Shown here in pieces: positions 61,201-64,000 of a DNA stretch of 64,000 bases. Under the pieces are notes generated by a model. That model was not told the origin of the DNA and did no database searches. It worked only from the letters and a program-made list of their open reading frames with translations. Made by a program: the position numbers and the translations under genes. Location: positions 22,320,001 to 22,384,000 of the forward strand of contig NC_082731.1 of the NCBI RefSeq assembly GCF_030144855.1, given 5' to 3'. The first letter of the stretch is position 1. Each line of letters opens with the position of its first letter. The DNA is from Hypanus sabinus. Its lineage: Eukaryota.

Positions 61201-64000
61201 CCTGCGTGGTGCGAAGTGGCTTAGTGTGCTGGACTTGAGGATTAGATATTACCAGATCCCGATGACTGAGGCAGATAAAATGAAGAAGGCATTTATATTT
61301 ATCTGGCGGTAGTTAGAAAGGATGGCCCAGGCCATAGACGAAGCCCCTGCTACTTGTCAGAGTGTAATGGGGAAGACGGTGGGGGATGTGAATTTGCTTG
61401 AGGTGTTGGAGTGCTTGGAGGACCTGATAGTATTTGGTTCCTTCTTGGAAGAACACGACGCGAGGCTATTGTATGTGGTAGGCTGCCTGAAAGATGTAGG
61501 GTTGTAACTTTATCTGTACTAATGTCAGTTCTGCAAAACGTCTGTTAGTTCTGTTGGACATATAATCTCGCCGACTGAAGTGACTACAGACTCAGTTGAG
61601 ATAAATGCAATGACCACTTGGCCGAGGGACGTGACTGTGAGCACTCTGCGCTCTTTCATTGGGTTCTGTGCATATAATCGAAGATTTATGAAGGGCTACG
61701 TCAAAGGGAGGCACTCCTCGAATGAGATTTCCCTTCCTTGGGAAGAAAGGGAAAGAAAAACAAGGACGGCAGGTTGGAAAATATATATACACGTCGGAGT
61801 CCTACGGACAGAGGGGCATGCAAAATTTGCGCAGGCTTTTCAGGCTCTGAAATAACTGCTGACCTAGGGACCGGTGCTGGCTTTTGCGGATCCAATTGCC
61901 GTATGTATTACACACAGTTAGCAGCCGAGAGGTGTTAGGGTGCGACCTGTATCAGGATCAGGGCACCGGGTTGAGGCTGTGGCGTTTGTCAGCCGGAGCT
62001 TAACCCCCTCCGAGAGAATCTATATCACCCACAAGTTGGAACGACTGGTTTTGAAAGGGATAAGCTGATTGACTATCTCTACGGTGCCATGTTTGAGTTT
62101 GGGATGAACAGCAACTCTCTAACGTATATCCTGACCACGGCGAAACCGGATGCCACAGGCCATCAGTGGTTGGCAGTTTTGTCTGCCAATGATTTCAGCC
62201 GGAATTACCGGCCGTGGAGTCGGAACGTCGATGAGGATGCTTTGTCCCGACGGATGCATAAAGGACTGGAGAGGGAAGAGGACTGTGAGGGCGTTCCTGC
62301 CCCTGGGGTGAAGGCCATGTGTGATGTACCATCACCGTGAGGGCAGAGTAAAAAGGAGAGGCCGTGTCAAGAAGTTGATAAATTAGTGGCTTCCGATGAC
62401 GCCATACACCAAGTTGTATGTGTCCTCGATGCGTTGAAGACCAAGCAGCTGCTGGACTTGAGTTCCGGGGAAATGGCTACTGCTCAGCGAGATGATCCGC
62501 GCATTGTCACTAATTGGTACGGATTTGAAAAGGGGAATATGTCTCAGTCGGAGATGTCGAAACACGCTTCGATGCTTCCATTACTGAAAGACTGGCCTCG
62601 GGTGAAGTTGAAGAAACAAATCTTACACCGGGACACGTCACACCCCGAACGACCTCGGCGTTGCCAGGTGATCCTGCTCGAGAAGTAACAGCGGATTGTG
62701 TTGAGGTCGCTTCATGATGATTCCAGGCATTTGGCAGTGGTTTGCTCAAAGACGGGTTTTAGTGGCCCCGAGTGAAGTTTGACGTTGAAGAATACAGCAA
62801 GCCGTCATTCACTGCATACGGTGAAGACGCTGTCTGCGCGGGCAGCTCCAAAGTCTCACTTGCAGAGTGCCGAGCCCCTGGACCTGGTGTGTTTCGATTT
62901 TTTTGTCCATAGAACGGGATGCCATTAACAAGGTGGATGTCTTAACCATCAAGGACAACTACGGCAGATATGCTCAGGCTTTTCCTACCAAGTACCAGAG
63001 GGTGATCTTGGTGGCAAACGTGTAAAGGGAGAAGTATTTCGTTCATTATGCTTGGAGTTGAGAAGTGGAAGACAACGCCCTATCACCCGTTGGGCGATAC
63101 CCAGTCTGACAGGTTTATTCTGGTTTTGCTAGGCATGCTAGCGACTCTGTAATTCAACAGGAAGAGCAGTGGAATCAACATATTGGGCATTGTTCTTTGT
63201 TACAACTGCACGCGAAATGAAGCTACTTGCTAATTGCCATATCATCTTACTTGCCCATTGACCTTTGTTTTGGGACCGAAGAGGTGACTTAGAAACCGAT
63301 GTCTTATCTGCGGTATGTGACTGATATGAGTGGAGAGCTGAATAGAGCTTATAAATTGGCTGGGATCAACACTGCCAAATAGAATCTTGGAAATAAGAGG
63401 AGGTATGATCAACAGGTAAGTCTTCCCTACTTCTGCAAGGAAATCGAGTCTTCATAAGGAATCTGGCCTTACCTGGAAAACAAAAGTTGGCTGAACGCTG
63501 GGCGACCACACCCTATGTGGTGGAGAGTCAGAAGCCAAACCGACTAGTGTTCTGACTGAAGCAATGGCGGGGAAATGGCCTGTCAAGATTCTTCATCGGA
63601 ACCACATTTTCGCCTAGGGCAAGTGATTCAGTTAGACCTGGAGCACGGTTGAGATCTACACAAAGTAAGAAGACTTTGAGGAAACGAGGGGCATTTACAG
63701 GGCCCAGAGCGGGAGATGCTGTGCCAGGGCCCGTCCCTAAAATGGATACTGATTCGGATGATGATGATCCGGATGTGTGGTGAAAGCTACCTTCTCCCCA
63801 TCGATTGAGAACGAGATTCCTGAACCTTCTCCCACTGGGGCAGCCTAGGGTACAGCAGGACCCCGAAGGATAGGAAGTGGAGCATGCACACGGAACAGAC
63901 ACTTTAAGTTGCACTGTGTTTTGAGTGATCGAACGAGGGACGTTTCGCCAAGCAGTAGCGAATTATCCCCAGTAGCGTCTGAGGAGGTACGGCGGTCTCA
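58295..64000 (+). mobile_element. Gypsy/Ty3 LTR retrotransposon, copy 2: PNMA-type gag with zinc knuckle, protease, RT, RNase H and integrase, all disrupted; continues past the window
   Basis: gag ATG at 58473 (MDAAGVERWC). CYN*G knuckle near 59788. RT SPYASAVVMALKK..MRVDYRTL. RNase H NSLTYILTTAKPDATGHQWLAVL. Integrase HDDSRHL..., PLDLVCFDF..., LHRNHI. No 3' LTR inside the window. Confidence 0.92.

Larger units (their letters stand above)
40997..61407 (+). repeat. Tandem segmental duplication, copy 2 (about 20.4 kb)
   Basis: Begins at the L1 position equivalent to 13981 and ends at the Gypsy position equivalent to 40998. The V genes are offset by 25,892 bp. Confidence 0.92.

Noticed and set aside
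1-64000. D, J or C segments, tRNA/rRNA genes, CRISPR or other prokaryotic systems
   Set aside because: I found no FGxG J motif with a 12-RSS, no constant-domain exon, no structured RNA gene and no spacer array. The sequence is vertebrate genomic DNA.

Overview
Eukaryotic, gene-poor, repeat-rich DNA from the variable-segment cluster of a T-cell receptor alpha/delta locus. The source is most likely a cartilaginous fish, probably a batoid; this is inferred from the V sequence and the CR1/Penelope repeat families as I recall them, not from a database search. The only intact host coding units are two paralogous TRAV/TRDV-type V gene segments on the minus strand (21540-21980 and 47432-47872). Each has a 49-nt leader exon, an 85-nt GT-AG intron, a 307-nt V exon, a 23-bp-spacer RSS (CACATTA-23-ACAAAAACC) and three upstream CCAAT boxes. 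No D, J or C segment was found. The two V genes lie in a head-to-tail tandem duplication (copy 1 about 13981-40998, copy 2 about 40997-61407). Its junction is visible at base resolution: a Gypsy pol is fused to an L1 ORF2 through a 2-bp TT microhomology. The rest is transposon-derived: a full-length decayed L1 with TSDs and two nested young CR1s, many CR1 fragments, Penelope relics, two copies of a PNMA-gag Gypsy element, a solo LTR and microsatellites. There are two N gaps. Hand counts suggest two unusual properties of the old DNA here: no CpG depletion, and transversion-rich divergence between the copies. All counts are manual and approximate.
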